From: Alphaproteobacteria bacterium
GTDB taxonomy: Bacteria; Pseudomonadota; Alphaproteobacteria; UBA828
Direction: 5' to 3'
NCBI GenBank assembly: GCA_965221125.1
Contig: CBDCRW010000005.1
Coordinates: forward strand, 256,001-320,000
Length of the DNA stretch: 64,000 nt
Part shown: piece by piece, positions 21,227 through 31,140 of the stretch
Layout: each line of letters opens with the position of its first letter
Position numbering within the stretch: position 1 is the stretch's first letter
Translations under genes and position numbers: made by a program
The notes under the pieces: generated by a model
Databases searched by the model: none
What the model was told of the DNA's origin: nothing
Seen by the model: the letters and a program-made list of their open reading frames with translations, nothing else

Positions 21227-21751
21227 ATGACCATCGAGCAGAAGATCGAGGCCGCGGGCCTGACCCTCCCCCGGCTCGAGGACAGCTACGGCAACAACCC
21301 GGCGGGCGCGAAATACGTCTCGCACCATGCGCTGGGGCGGGTGCTCTACCTCTCAGGCTGCACGCCGTTCAAGGACGGCAAGCCCTACATGACCGGGATC
21401 CTCGGCGTGGACCGCACCATCGAGGATGGCTACGAGGCGGCGCGCCAGTGCATGCTCTGCTACCTCGGCCTGATCAAGTATGCGCTGGGCGATCTCGACC
21501 GGATGCACCGCATGCTGCACCTCACCGGCTACGTGAACTCCGGCCCCGGCTTTGCGGATCAGCCGCGCGTCATCAACGGCGCCGTGGACCTGCTCGTCGA
21601 GCTCTGCGGCCAGCGCATGATGCCGACGCGGGCCGCCATCGGCTGCCACGGACTCGCGGTCAACCATTCGGTCGAGCTGATCGCGATGGTGGAATTCGAC
21701 GGCGGCAGCGTGGCGCCGCCGCTCGCCCGCGACGGAACGGTGCTCGACTGA
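21227..21751 (+). CDS. RidA/YjgF family protein
   Basis: LYLSG, GYEAAR, GYVNS...QPRVINGAVDLL, RAAIG, VEL. Confidence 0.9.
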   Translation: MTIEQKIEAAGLTLPRLEDSYGNNPAGAKYVSHHALGRVLYLSGCTPFKDGKPYMTGILGVDRTIEDGYEAARQCMLCYLGLIKYALGDLDRMHRMLHLTGYVNSGPGFADQPRVINGAVDLLVELCGQRMMPTRAAIGCHGLAVNHSVELIAMVEFDGGSVAPPLARDGTVLD

Positions 21752-21800
21752 GGCGCGCGCCCGCCCGCCAGTCCCCCCGCCATTCACGAGACCTGACGCC

Positions 21801-22790
21801 ATGAAAGCGGTTCTGTGCAGGGCCTTCGGCCCGCCCGAGATTCTTGCGTTCGAGACCGTGGACCCGCCCGCGCTCGGACCCGGCGAGGTGCGCGTCGCCG
21901 TGGCCGCGGTCGGCGTGAACTTCCCCGATCTGCTGCTGATCGAAGGCAAGTACCAGATCAGGCCGCCCTTTCCCTTCAGCCCCGGCCTGGAGTGCGCGGG
22001 CACCGTCACGGAGCTGGGAGCGGGCGCAGACGGGCCGGCGCCCGGCACCCGCGTGCTCGTCTACTGCACCCACGGCTGCATGGCAGAGGAGGTGGTGGCG
22101 CCGGCGTCTTCGGTCATCCCGATCCCCGATGCGATGCCCTTCGACGCCGCGGCGGCCTTCCCCGTGGTCTACGGCACCGGCTACCACGCGCTCGTCGGCC
22201 GCGCGGCGCTCGCCGAAGGCGAGACCCTGCTGGTGCTGGGCGCCTCCGGCGGTGTGGGGCTGTCGGCGGTGGAGATCGGCAAGCGGCTGGGCGCAACCGT
22301 GATCGCGGCCGCGAGCAGCGACGAGAAGCTGGCTCTGGCCGGGCAGCACGGCGCCGACCACCTCGTCAACTACGGCACGGACGATCTTCGCGAGCGGGTC
22401 AAGGCGCTGACCGACGGGCGCGGCGCGGACGTGATCTTCGACCCCGTCGGCGGCGATTTCTTCGACGCGTCGATGCGCTGCATCGCCTGGAACGGCCGGC
22501 TGCTGGTCATCGGCTTCGCCTCCGGGCGCATCGCCGAGGCCAGGACCAACATCATCCTGCTCAAGGAGATGAGCGTGGTCGGAGTCGCCTGGGGCGCCTT
22601 CGCCTTTCGCGATCCCGCCGCGAATCGCGCCTATTTTGCCGAATTGCTGCGCTGGTACGAGGCCGGCGCGCTGAAGCCCCTCGTCTCCCGCAGCCTGCCG
22701 CTGGCCGACGCCCCTGCGGCGCTGGCGGCGTTCCAGAGCCGGAGCGTGGTCGGCAAGCAGGTGCTGACGGTGGAGCGGCCTGGCGGCTGA
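21801..22790 (+). CDS. NADPH:quinone oxidoreductase (MDR family)
   Basis: GVNFPD, FSPGLE, GASGGVG, DPVGG, GFASG, GKQVL. Confidence 0.92.
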   Translation: MKAVLCRAFGPPEILAFETVDPPALGPGEVRVAVAAVGVNFPDLLLIEGKYQIRPPFPFSPGLECAGTVTELGAGADGPAPGTRVLVYCTHGCMAEEVVAPASSVIPIPDAMPFDAAAAFPVVYGTGYHALVGRAALAEGETLLVLGASGGVGLSAVEIGKRLGATVIAAASSDEKLALAGQHGADHLVNYGTDDLRERVKALTDGRGADVIFDPVGGDFFDASMRCIAWNGRLLVIGFASGRIAEARTNIILLKEMSVVGVAWGAFAFRDPAANRAYFAELLRWYEAGALKPLVSRSLPLADAPAALAAFQSRSVVGKQVLTVERPGG

Positions 22791-22878
22791 CTGCTTTACC
22801 CAAGCGCGCGAATTTTCTACCTTGTTGCAGCCCCGCGGCGCCGCGGAGCAGTGGACTGCAGAACGGCTAGGACAGAGC

Positions 22879-23949
22879 GTGGCTGGGGAGGCGATCCGAG
22901 GCGCTGCGGGGCCGCTCGTGGACGATCCCGTCATCGGACATGCGGTCCGCGCCGGCGGCTTCGCGGATCACGCGGCCTCGTCCTACATGCTGGCGGCGGA
23001 CGCCCTCGATGAGGGCCGCTTCGCCGACGCCGCGGCGCTGGCCCGCCATACGGTCGAGGAAGCCCGCGAGGGCTACGAGCTCTACGCGCTCTGGGCCGAG
23101 CAGATCAGGGAAACGCTCGCCGCCGAAGGCGTGGACGACGCCGAGATCGCGGCGGGCGAAGCGCAGCTGCGCACGCTGCTGGCGGGCGAGGCGGGGGAGC
23201 CGTTCGACATTCACGCCGGCTGGGCCGCCTATACGGGCGAGATCGGGGCGGTCGAGGCCGCCTGCGGGGCGGGCGATGCGCCGGCGGCCCGCGCGCGCCT
23301 GGAGCGCGCCCGCACGCTCTGGCTCGAGACCCACGACAGGGGCTGCGACCTGGTCTACGGCATGCTCGACCTTGTGGTCCGCCATCTCGGCGAGCGCCGC
23401 ATCGGCCCGCTCTGGGACGAACTGATGGCGCCGATGTACGAGACCTACGACGTCTACGATACCGCCACGCACCCGTGGCCGCGCTCCATGCACCGGCTGA
23501 TCCTGATCGCGGCGCTCTCGCTCCGCGGGCACCTGAGCGGGCCGGGGCGCACGGGCGCCATCGACATCGCGGAGGAGGCCGACCGCTGGGTGCTGAGCTT
23601 CGACCCCTGCGGCTCCGGCGGGCGCACCTACCGTGACGACGACCCGAAGGGTCCCCGCATGGAGGCCCCTTACGGCTTCGCCGTGACCACGGAGGCCCAT
23701 GACTGGGCCTGGGGCAAGACCGGCGTCTGCGTCTACTGCGTCCACTGCTGCCAGCTCAACCAGCGCATGCCCATCCGGCGCTTCGGCTATCCGACGCGGG
23801 TGATCGACCCGCCCACATGGCCCGCGTCCAGGGCGGGCGGCGTCTGCCGCTGGTCGGTCTACAAGGATCCTGCGCTCGTGCCCGACGAGGCCTATACCAG
23901 CGTGGGCTACGAGAGGCCGGCGGCGGCCGGTGCGGGAGCGGCGCGATGA
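22879..23949 (+). CDS. Cys-rich hypothetical protein
   Basis: LRGHLSG, DPCGSGGR, WAWGKTGVCVYCVHCC, CRWSVYKDP. The stop overlaps the next ATG (ATGA). Start uncertain (GTG 22879 or TTG 22822). Confidence 0.8.
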   Translation: MAGEAIRGAAGPLVDDPVIGHAVRAGGFADHAASSYMLAADALDEGRFADAAALARHTVEEAREGYELYALWAEQIRETLAAEGVDDAEIAAGEAQLRTLLAGEAGEPFDIHAGWAAYTGEIGAVEAACGAGDAPAARARLERARTLWLETHDRGCDLVYGMLDLVVRHLGERRIGPLWDELMAPMYETYDVYDTATHPWPRSMHRLILIAALSLRGHLSGPGRTGAIDIAEEADRWVLSFDPCGSGGRTYRDDDPKGPRMEAPYGFAVTTEAHDWAWGKTGVCVYCVHCCQLNQRMPIRRFGYPTRVIDPPTWPASRAGGVCRWSVYKDPALVPDEAYTSVGYERPAAAGAGAAR

Positions 23950-25304
23950 GCGGGACGGAGAACGAGGGGCTGGATGCCGTGCGCGAGCGCATGCGGGCCG
24001 ACGGCGTGCGCTACGTTCAGGTCGAGGTGCCGGAGCTCGACGGCGGGCTGCGCTGCAAGCTGCTCGCGCTTGACAAGGGGCTCTCCGACGGGATCGGCTG
24101 GTCCAACATCATCTACGGGCTGACCGCGGCGGACGACGTCTATGAATCGCCGTTCTCCTCCTACGAGAACGGCTTCGCCGACGTCTTCGGAACGCCGGAC
24201 GCGGCCACGGCCTGCCGCCTGCCCTGGCGGCAGGACACGGCGGCGGTCCTGATCGACGTTCACGATGCGGACGGCACCATGACGCCGGAAGGCCCGCGCA
24301 CGATGCTGCGGCGCGCCGTGGGCAAGGCGGACGCCATGGGCTTCCAGCCGCGCTTCGCGGTCGAGTACGAGGTCGCCGTCTACTACGCGGACGACGCCGC
24401 CTCGCCGCCCTCGCCCGCGACGCTCACGCCGGTCTCGCGCACGCGGAACGCCTACAGCGTGGTCCGCATGCCGGAGCTGCGCGCGCTCTTCGAGACCTTC
24501 ATGCAGCGCATGGAGGAGGTGGGCGCGTCGGTCCTCTCCATGCACACGGAGTTGGGGCGCGGCGCGGTCGAGTTCGCGCTCGCCCATGCGCCGCCGCTGG
24601 CTGCCGCCGACGGCGCCATGCGCGCCAAGGCCTATCTGAAGGAGCTCTGCGCCGAGCGCGGCATGGTCGTGACCTTCATGGCCAAGGTCGACCCCGACAT
24701 GCCGGGCTCCGGCGGGCACGTGCACCAGAGCCTGTGGCGGGACGGCGAGAACGTGTTCTGGGACGGCACGGGTGCGAGCGAGACGGCGCGGCAGTACGCC
24801 GCCGGGCAGATCGAGCACCTGCCGGCGCTCACCGCGCTCTTCATGGCCAACATCAACTCGTACCGGCGGCGGGACTGGCAGCACTGGGTGCCGCTCAACG
24901 CATCCTGGGGCGACGACAACCGCAGCGCGGCGCTCCGCCTCATCACCCGGCCGGTACCGCACGGGGCCCGCTTCGAGAACCGCGTGCCGGGCGCCGATTC
25001 CAACGCCTACCTCTGCATCGGCGGCATGCTGGCCGCGGGGCTCGACGGCATCGAGCGCGGCCTCGTGCCGCCGCCGCTCTGTTCGGGTAACGCGGCGCTC
25101 GACGAGAGCTATACGAAGCTGCCGGCCACGCTGGCCGAGGCGGTGGACGCCTTCGCGGGCTCGGCCTTTTTGCGCCACGCCTTCGGCGAGCGCTTCGTCG
25201 ATCACTACGCGCTCTCGCGCCGGGTCGAGCTCGATCACTGGCACGCCTGGCTGCGGAGCCACGTGAGCGCCTGGGAATACGAGCGCTATTTCGAGACAAT
25301 TTGA
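23946..25304 (+). CDS. Glutamine synthetase-like protein (gamma-glutamyl-amine ligase type)
   Basis: VEYE, HTELGRGAVE, TFMAK...GSGGHVHQSL, NSYRR, WGDDNR, FENRVPGADSNAY. No GSI-beta adenylylation loop is evident. Confidence 0.92.
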   Translation: MSGTENEGLDAVRERMRADGVRYVQVEVPELDGGLRCKLLALDKGLSDGIGWSNIIYGLTAADDVYESPFSSYENGFADVFGTPDAATACRLPWRQDTAAVLIDVHDADGTMTPEGPRTMLRRAVGKADAMGFQPRFAVEYEVAVYYADDAASPPSPATLTPVSRTRNAYSVVRMPELRALFETFMQRMEEVGASVLSMHTELGRGAVEFALAHAPPLAAADGAMRAKAYLKELCAERGMVVTFMAKVDPDMPGSGGHVHQSLWRDGENVFWDGTGASETARQYAAGQIEHLPALTALFMANINSYRRRDWQHWVPLNASWGDDNRSAALRLITRPVPHGARFENRVPGADSNAYLCIGGMLAAGLDGIERGLVPPPLCSGNAALDESYTKLPATLAEAVDAFAGSAFLRHAFGERFVDHYALSRRVELDHWHAWLRSHVSAWEYERYFETI

Positions 25305-25406
25305 GGCAGGCGCGGCCAAGCGCCTTTTCGCTCCGGCCTTCTGCCACTATATCGGTAGGGTCGGGCCGGCGCGGCGTGCCGGACCCGAGGGGACGAAGAG
25401 GGACCG

Positions 25407-25595
25407 ATGACCGATCAGGAGACCATCGCGCAGCGCCTGGAGGCGTTGCGCGCCCAACATCAGTCGTTGAACGACGAAATCGATGCGCTTGCGGGCCGCG
25501 GCGACGCTCTCGAGATCCAGGGGCTCAAGCGCCAGAAGCTGCGGCTCAAGGACGAGATCGCGCGGCTGGAGAGCGAGCACGCGCACGCGGGGTAA
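25407..25595 (+). CDS. YdcH / DUF465 family protein
   Basis: L..LRAQHQSL...LKRQKLRLKDEI. Confidence 0.88.
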   Translation: MTDQETIAQRLEALRAQHQSLNDEIDALAGRGDALEIQGLKRQKLRLKDEIARLESEHAHAG

Positions 25596-25660
25596 ACCGC
25601 GGAACGCGAAATTGAAAAACGAACCCAATTTCGCATAGAACCCTGTTTTACATTATGAAT

Positions 25661-25809
25661 TTAGAGCGCGTCCGTCACGCACGGACGCGCGACAGGCCGC
25701 GATAGCGGCCCGCCGCGTATGCGGCGCCCTCGCGGAGGCGCTGGCCGCAGGCCAGCTGCCGTGAGCGATAAAGAGTCAGAGCGTTTCCGTGTGAACGGAA
25801 ACGCGCTGA
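25661..25809 (+). repeat. Repeat family B, full copy
   Basis: TTAGAGCGCGTCCGT..ACGGACGCGC-GACAGGCCGC..GCGGCC-CGCCGC..GCGGCG...CTGCCGTGAGCG...TCAGAGCGTTTCCGT..ACGGAAACGCGCTGA. Confidence 0.88.
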
Positions 25810-25813
25810 GGGA

Positions 25814-26677
25814 TCAGGCCGGGGCGGGCTTCACCCCGGTGCCGATCCGCACGTGGGCCGCGAGAGGGATCTCGTCCCCCTCGCGCAAATGCTCGAAGCC
25901 TGCCGCCACCGCCTCCAGCAGGGCCGGGCGCTTGTCCTCGCCGGCGCCATCGAGTGCGCGGCCGAAGGTCATGTCGAACTGCGCCTGCCAGAAGGGGGCG
26001 CCCGCCGGGACCCGCGGCGCGAAGCGAACCTCGCGCTCTTCCACGTCCGTGAACCCGCCCTCGGTGAGCGCGCCGGCGAGGGCGCCGCTGGCGCCCAAGG
26101 AGAAGGGCCGGGCGAGGTCGATCTCGTCCACCTCGTCGAGCGGGCCGAGCACGGCCTCGGCGGCGGCGGCGAAGACGACGAACATGGTGGTCTCCGCGCG
26201 CGGCCCCCAGACGAGATAGGCCACCCGCCCGCCGGGCTTGAGCACGCGGAGCGCCTCGGCGGCGGCGCGTGCGGGCGCCGGGCAGAACATCAGCCCGAAG
26301 CGGCAGATCACCCGGTCGAACGCGGCATCCGCATCGGGCAGCGCCAGCATGTCAGCGGTGCGGAAGGTCATGTTGCTGAGCCCATGCGCTGCGGCTCGGC
26401 GGCGGGCGCCCAGCATCATTTCGGGGCAGAGGTCGGTGGCGAAGACGCGGCCCTCCGCGCCCACCAGTTGGGCCACGCTGAGCGCGGGCTCGCCCGCGCC
26501 CGTCGCGATGTCGCAGACCTGCTGGCCGGGCGCGATCTCGGCGGCCTCGATGAGCGGCGCGTTCATGCGCGCCGCCTGGTCGGCGATCTCGTCGGCGCGG
26601 CGGTCCCAGTGGCGCCCGCGCCCGGCCCAGTCGGCCCGCACGCGCTCGGTCTCGCGTCTGATCGCGTCAGCGTCCAT
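25814..26677 (-). CDS. Class I SAM-dependent methyltransferase
   Basis: DIATGAGEP motif I, FDRVICRFGLMF, LKPGGR. Confidence 0.9.
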   Translation of the reverse strand: MDADAIRRETERVRADWAGRGRHWDRRADEIADQAARMNAPLIEAAEIAPGQQVCDIATGAGEPALSVAQLVGAEGRVFATDLCPEMMLGARRRAAAHGLSNMTFRTADMLALPDADAAFDRVICRFGLMFCPAPARAAAEALRVLKPGGRVAYLVWGPRAETTMFVVFAAAAEAVLGPLDEVDEIDLARPFSLGASGALAGALTEGGFTDVEEREVRFAPRVPAGAPFWQAQFDMTFGRALDGAGEDKRPALLEAVAAGFEHLREGDEIPLAAHVRIGTGVKPAPA

Positions 26678-26731
26678 GGCTCCGCACTCTCCCCGCGCCC
26701 GCGCCCGTGTCAAGGCCGGTAAACCCGTTCG

Positions 26732-28270
26732 TCAGAATAGCTGCACGGCGAGCAGGCCCGCGAGTAACGCGGCGATTACCGCCAGAATAAGCGGGAGCGC
26801 GCTGCCGCCCCGCCTGCGGCCGCTCATCGCCTCCAGGGTGTCGGGCGAGAGCGAGACGCCTTCCTCCAGCCCGTCGAGGACGCGCTCGGCGCGGGCGGCG
26901 AGGCGCGGGATTCGCCCTGCCGCCTCCAGGAACTCCTCCGCCGCATCGCGCACGCGCGCCTGGACCCCCAAATTCTCCCGCGCCCAGCGCTCGATGAGCG
27001 GGCGGGTGAAGACCCACATGTTCTGGTCCGGCGTGAGCCGGCGCGTCAGCCCCTCGGCCATCAGCATCGTTTTCTGCAGCAGCAGGAGCTGCGGCTGGGT
27101 CTCCATCTCGAAGGCCTCGGTGATCTGGAAGAGCTGGCCCAGCAGCTGGGCGATGGAGATCTCGTGGAGGGGCCGGCCGAGGATGGGCTCGCCGATGGAG
27201 CGGAGCGCCTGCACGAACGCGGCTTTCGAGGTGCGCCGCGGCACGTAGCCCGCCTCGACATGCACCTCGGCCACGCGCTCGTAGTCGCCGATCAGGAAGC
27301 CCAGCAGCATCTCCGCGAGGTAGCGCCGGGTCTGGGCGTCGAGCCGCCCCATGATGCCGAAATCGACGGCGACGACGTTGCCCTTCGCATCCACCAGAAG
27401 GTTGCCGGGGTGGAGGTCGGCGTGGAAGAAGCCGTCCCGAAACACCTGGTTGAAGAAGGCGGCGGCCGCCTTGCCCAGCACCTCGTGCGGGTCGTGGCCG
27501 GCCGCGACCAGGGCGTCGCGCTCGTCGATGGGGATGCCGTCCACGCGCTCCAGCGTGAGCACGCGCCGGCTGGTCCTGCGCCAGTCGACCGCCGGCACCA
27601 GGAAGCCTTCGTCCTCGGCGAAGTTCTGGCGCAGCTCCGATGCCGCGGCGGCCTCGAAGCGGAGGTCCATCTCGATCATCACGCTCTGGGCAAAGGTGCG
27701 GATGACCTCGACCGGCCGGAGCCTGCGCCAAGAGGGGAGCGTGCGCTCGGCAATCTCGGCCAGCCAGTAGAACAGCTCGAGGTCGCGCTCCAGGGCGCGC
27801 TCCACGCCCGGCCGTAGGATTTTCACCGCCACCGGCTCGCCGGCCGCGGTGACGGCGAAGTGCACCTGGGCGATGGAGGCGGCGGCGACCGGCTCGTCGG
27901 TGAACGCGCGGAAGAGGGAGTCCAGCGGTGCGCCGAACTCGGATTCAACGATGGCGCGGGCGGCCTTCGCGTCGAAGGGCGGCAGGCGGTCCTGCAGCGC
28001 GGACAGCTCGGCCGCGGTCTCCTCGCCCACCAGGTCCGGCCGGGTGGAAAGCGCCTGGCCGAACTTGATGAAGCTCGGCCCCAGCGCCTGGAACGCGCCG
28101 GCAAGGCGCTGGCCGGGCGAGCCGAGGCCGCGCTTCCTCGGCGCCATGCCGGCGAGGACGGTGACCGCCGGCACGAGGCCGTAATCGCTCAGCAGGAAGA
28201 GCGCGTCCCAGCGCCCCAGGGTCCAGGCAATCCGCAGCAGCCGCCCAATATTTCTGAGCGCCCGGCGCAC
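26732..28270 (-). CDS. ubiB: Ubiquinone biosynthesis protein UbiB
   Basis: LGPSFIKFGQ, AAASIAQVH, VAVKILRP, FFHADLHPGN, DFGIMG. Follows ubiE. Confidence 0.96.
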   Translation of the reverse strand: MRRALRNIGRLLRIAWTLGRWDALFLLSDYGLVPAVTVLAGMAPRKRGLGSPGQRLAGAFQALGPSFIKFGQALSTRPDLVGEETAAELSALQDRLPPFDAKAARAIVESEFGAPLDSLFRAFTDEPVAAASIAQVHFAVTAAGEPVAVKILRPGVERALERDLELFYWLAEIAERTLPSWRRLRPVEVIRTFAQSVMIEMDLRFEAAAASELRQNFAEDEGFLVPAVDWRRTSRRVLTLERVDGIPIDERDALVAAGHDPHEVLGKAAAAFFNQVFRDGFFHADLHPGNLLVDAKGNVVAVDFGIMGRLDAQTRRYLAEMLLGFLIGDYERVAEVHVEAGYVPRRTSKAAFVQALRSIGEPILGRPLHEISIAQLLGQLFQITEAFEMETQPQLLLLQKTMLMAEGLTRRLTPDQNMWVFTRPLIERWARENLGVQARVRDAAEEFLEAAGRIPRLAARAERVLDGLEEGVSLSPDTLEAMSGRRRGGSALPLILAVIAALLAGLLAVQLF

Positions 28271-28280
28271 GATGGTTGCT

Positions 28281-29051
28281 CTAGGTGCGCCAGCCCGAAT
28301 GGAGCGTGGCGATGCCGGCAGACAGCGGGCGCACGCGCACGCCGCCGAAGCCGGTGTCGGCCATCATCGCGGCGAGCGTCTCCGGCGGGGGGAAGCGCCG
28401 GATGCTCTCCACGAGGTAGGCGTAGGCGTCGCGCTGGCCGGTCACCGCCGCGCCCAGCAGCGGAATGACGGCGAAGGAGTAGGCGTCGTACAGCCGGTCG
28501 ATACCCACAGGCGGGCGGGCGTTGAACTCGAGGCAGAGGAAGCGCCCGCCGGGCCTGAGCACGCGCGCGGCCTCGGCCAGCCCATGTTCGATCCGGGTGA
28601 GGTTGCGGATGCCGAAGGCGATCGTGTAGGCGTCCACCGAGCGGGCCGGGAGCGGCAGCGCCTCCGCATCGCCCACCAGCCACTCGATGCCGCCGACGAT
28701 GCCCGCGTTCCAGGTGCGCTCGCGGCCGGCGTCCACCATCTGCGCGCTCGCGTCGCAGACGACCACGCGGCCCTCGCCCCCCATCGCCGCCAGCACGCGG
28801 CGCGCGATGTCGCCGGTGCCACCCGCCACGTCGAGCACCGCCATGCCGGGGTGGGGTGCGAGCCACGCCACCATCTCGCGCTTCCACAGGCGATGAACGC
28901 CGCCGCTCATCAGGTCGTTCATGAGGTCGTAGCGGCCGGCGACCCGGTCGAACAGGTCGCGGACGAGACCGGGCTTCTCGTCCTCGCCGACGCGGCGGAA
29001 GCCGAAGTCGGCGCCATCCGTGGCGTCGTGCTCTCCGCGCGCCCAAGCCAT
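28281..29051 (-). CDS. ubiE: Ubiquinone/menaquinone C-methyltransferase UbiE
   Basis: YDLMNDLMSGGVHRLWK, DVAGGTGD, FGIRN, YLVESIRRFP. Start 29051 (or 29063). Confidence 0.96.
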   Translation of the reverse strand: MAWARGEHDATDGADFGFRRVGEDEKPGLVRDLFDRVAGRYDLMNDLMSGGVHRLWKREMVAWLAPHPGMAVLDVAGGTGDIARRVLAAMGGEGRVVVCDASAQMVDAGRERTWNAGIVGGIEWLVGDAEALPLPARSVDAYTIAFGIRNLTRIEHGLAEAARVLRPGGRFLCLEFNARPPVGIDRLYDAYSFAVIPLLGAAVTGQRDAYAYLVESIRRFPPPETLAAMMADTGFGGVRVRPLSAGIATLHSGWRT

Positions 29052-29100
29052 GACGGCGACCATAGCCCAGCGCCGAAACCCGCGCTACCGTGGCCCGAGG

Positions 29101-29925
29101 ATGCCGGAATTGCCCGAGGTCGAGACCGTGCGCCGCGGGCTTGCCGCGCGGCTTGCGGGCCGGCGCATCACCCACGTCACGGTGCGCCGCCCCGATCTGC
29201 GCCGCCCGCTGCCGCCGGACATGGGGCAAGCGCTCACGGGGCGGACGCTGCAGGGCTTCGGGCGCCGGGGGAAATATCTCCTGCTGCGCCTCGACGGCGG
29301 CCGCGTGCTGATCGTCCACCTCGGCATGTCGGGGCGCATGTCCGTGGGCGACGCGCCCAGCGGGGGCGCGCACGAGCACGTCGTCCTGCACTTCGACGAC
29401 GGCGCGGTGCTCAGCTACGAGGACCACCGCCGCTTCGGGCTGATGGACCTAGCGGACGCCGGGCGGCTCGAGGAGCACGACCTGCTGCGCAGCATGGGGC
29501 CGGAGCCGTTGGCGCCCGACTTCGACGGGCCGGCGCTGGCGCAGCGGCTCCGCGCCAAGGACACGCCGATCAAGGCTGCGCTGCTCGATCAGCGGGTGAT
29601 CGCGGGCCTCGGCAACATCTACGTGTGCGAGGCGCTCTTCCACGCGGGGCTGAGCCCACGACGCCGCGCGGGCTCGGTGCAGGGCAGGCGCGCGGATAGG
29701 CTGGCGCGCGCGATCCGCGACGTGCTGGAAGACGCCATCGCGGCGGGCGGCTCGTCGCTCCGCGACTACGTGCAGGCGTCGGGCGAGCTCGGCTACTTTC
29801 AGCACCGCTTCGCGGTCTACGACCGGGCGGATCTGCCCTGCCCCGGCTGCGATTGCGGGGCCGCGGTGCGGCGCATCGTGCAAGGCGGGCGCTCGACATT
29901 CTATTGCGCTAAGCGGCAACGGTGA
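29101..29925 (+). CDS. mutM: Formamidopyrimidine-DNA glycosylase
   Basis: [26 protein letters not shown]-terminal zinc finger. Confidence 0.97.
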   Translation: MPELPEVETVRRGLAARLAGRRITHVTVRRPDLRRPLPPDMGQALTGRTLQGFGRRGKYLLLRLDGGRVLIVHLGMSGRMSVGDAPSGGAHEHVVLHFDDGAVLSYEDHRRFGLMDLADAGRLEEHDLLRSMGPEPLAPDFDGPALAQRLRAKDTPIKAALLDQRVIAGLGNIYVCEALFHAGLSPRRRAGSVQGRRADRLARAIRDVLEDAIAAGGSSLRDYVQASGELGYFQHRFAVYDRADLPCPGCDCGAAVRRIVQGGRSTFYCAKRQR

Positions 29926-30017
29926 GTAATAGGCGAGCCGCACGCCCCTCACAGCGCCCGGCCGGCAGCAGCCTGCCGCTTCAGAACGCGGGCCCCGGCC
30001 GCTCAAGGGAGAACACG

Positions 30018-30791
30018 ATGGCGTACGAACACATTACCGTCGACCGGCGCGGCCGGGTCGGCCTGATCACGCTGAACCGGCCCAAGGCGCTCAACGCGCT
30101 GAACGGCGCGCTGATCGATGAGCTCAACGCCGTGCTCGACAGCTTCGAGGCGGAGGAAGAGATCGGCGCCGTCGTCCTCACCGGAAACGAGAAGGCCTTC
30201 GCGGCCGGCGCCGACATCACCGAGATGCGCTCGATGAGCTTCGTGGACGCGCACGACAGCGACTTCATCGCCAGCTGGAACCGGATCACCGCCTTCCGCA
30301 AGCCGGTCATCGCTGCGGTCGCGGGCTATGCGCTGGGCGGCGGCTGCGAGCTCGCCATGATGTGCGACATCGTGATCGCCGCCGACAACGCGCGGTTCGG
30401 CCAGCCGGAGATCAAGCTCGGCACCATCCCCGGCGCCGGCGGCACCCAGCGGCTCACGCGCGCGGTCGGCAAGTCGAAGGCGATGGAGATGATCCTGACC
30501 GGGCGGATGATGGACGCCGAGGAGGCCGAGCGCAGCGGGCTCGTGAGCCGCGTGGTGCCGGTCGCCGACGTCGTCGACGAGGCGATGGCCGTCGCCAAGC
30601 GGATCGCGCACTTCTCCGCCCCCACCGTGGCGCTCGCCAAGGCAAGCGTGAACCGCGCCTTCGAGACCACGCTGACCGAGGGCGTGCTGTACGAGCGCGC
30701 GGTCTTCTACGCGACCTTCGCCACCGAGGACAAGCGGGAGGGGATGGACGCCTTCATCGAGAAGCGCGAGCCGGCCTTCACCAATCGTTAG
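30018..30791 (+). CDS. Enoyl-CoA hydratase
   Basis: [40 protein letters not shown]. Confidence 0.95.
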   Translation: MAYEHITVDRRGRVGLITLNRPKALNALNGALIDELNAVLDSFEAEEEIGAVVLTGNEKAFAAGADITEMRSMSFVDAHDSDFIASWNRITAFRKPVIAAVAGYALGGGCELAMMCDIVIAADNARFGQPEIKLGTIPGAGGTQRLTRAVGKSKAMEMILTGRMMDAEEAERSGLVSRVVPVADVVDEAMAVAKRIAHFSAPTVALAKASVNRAFETTLTEGVLYERAVFYATFATEDKREGMDAFIEKREPAFTNR

Positions 30792-30813
30792 TCCGTATCA
30801 GCCGGTGGCGGCG

Positions 30814-30841
30814 TTGACCCTGCCGGAGCGCGTGGTATAAG
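30814..30841 (+). promoter_or_regulatory. Sigma70 promoter of rpsT
   Basis: TTGACC-16 bp-TATAAG. Confidence 0.65.
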
Positions 30842-30870
30842 GCCGCCCAACCAGAAGAGAGACCTCCGCC

Positions 30871-31140
30871 ATGGCCCATTCGCGCCAGGCCCGCAAGCGG
30901 GTTCGGCAGAACAAGCGCCGCGTCGCGATCAACCGCACGCGGCTTTCGCGCATCCGCACCTTCATCCGCCGCGTCGAGGAAGCGATCGAGAGCGGCGACA
31001 AGAGCCGGGCCGAGCAGGCGCTGCGCGAGGCCCAGCCGGAGATCATGCGGGGCGCGTCGAAGGCGCTCCTGCACCGGCGGACGGCATCGCGCCGGGTCTC
31101 CTCGCTCGCACGCCGCGTGGGCGCGCTGCCCGACGGCTGA
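30871..31140 (+). CDS. rpsT: 30S ribosomal protein S20
   Basis: [13 protein letters not shown]...[13 protein letters not shown]...TASRRVS. Conserved position before dnaA. Confidence 0.95.
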   Translation: MAHSRQARKRVRQNKRRVAINRTRLSRIRTFIRRVEEAIESGDKSRAEQALREAQPEIMRGASKALLHRRTASRRVSSLARRVGALPDG

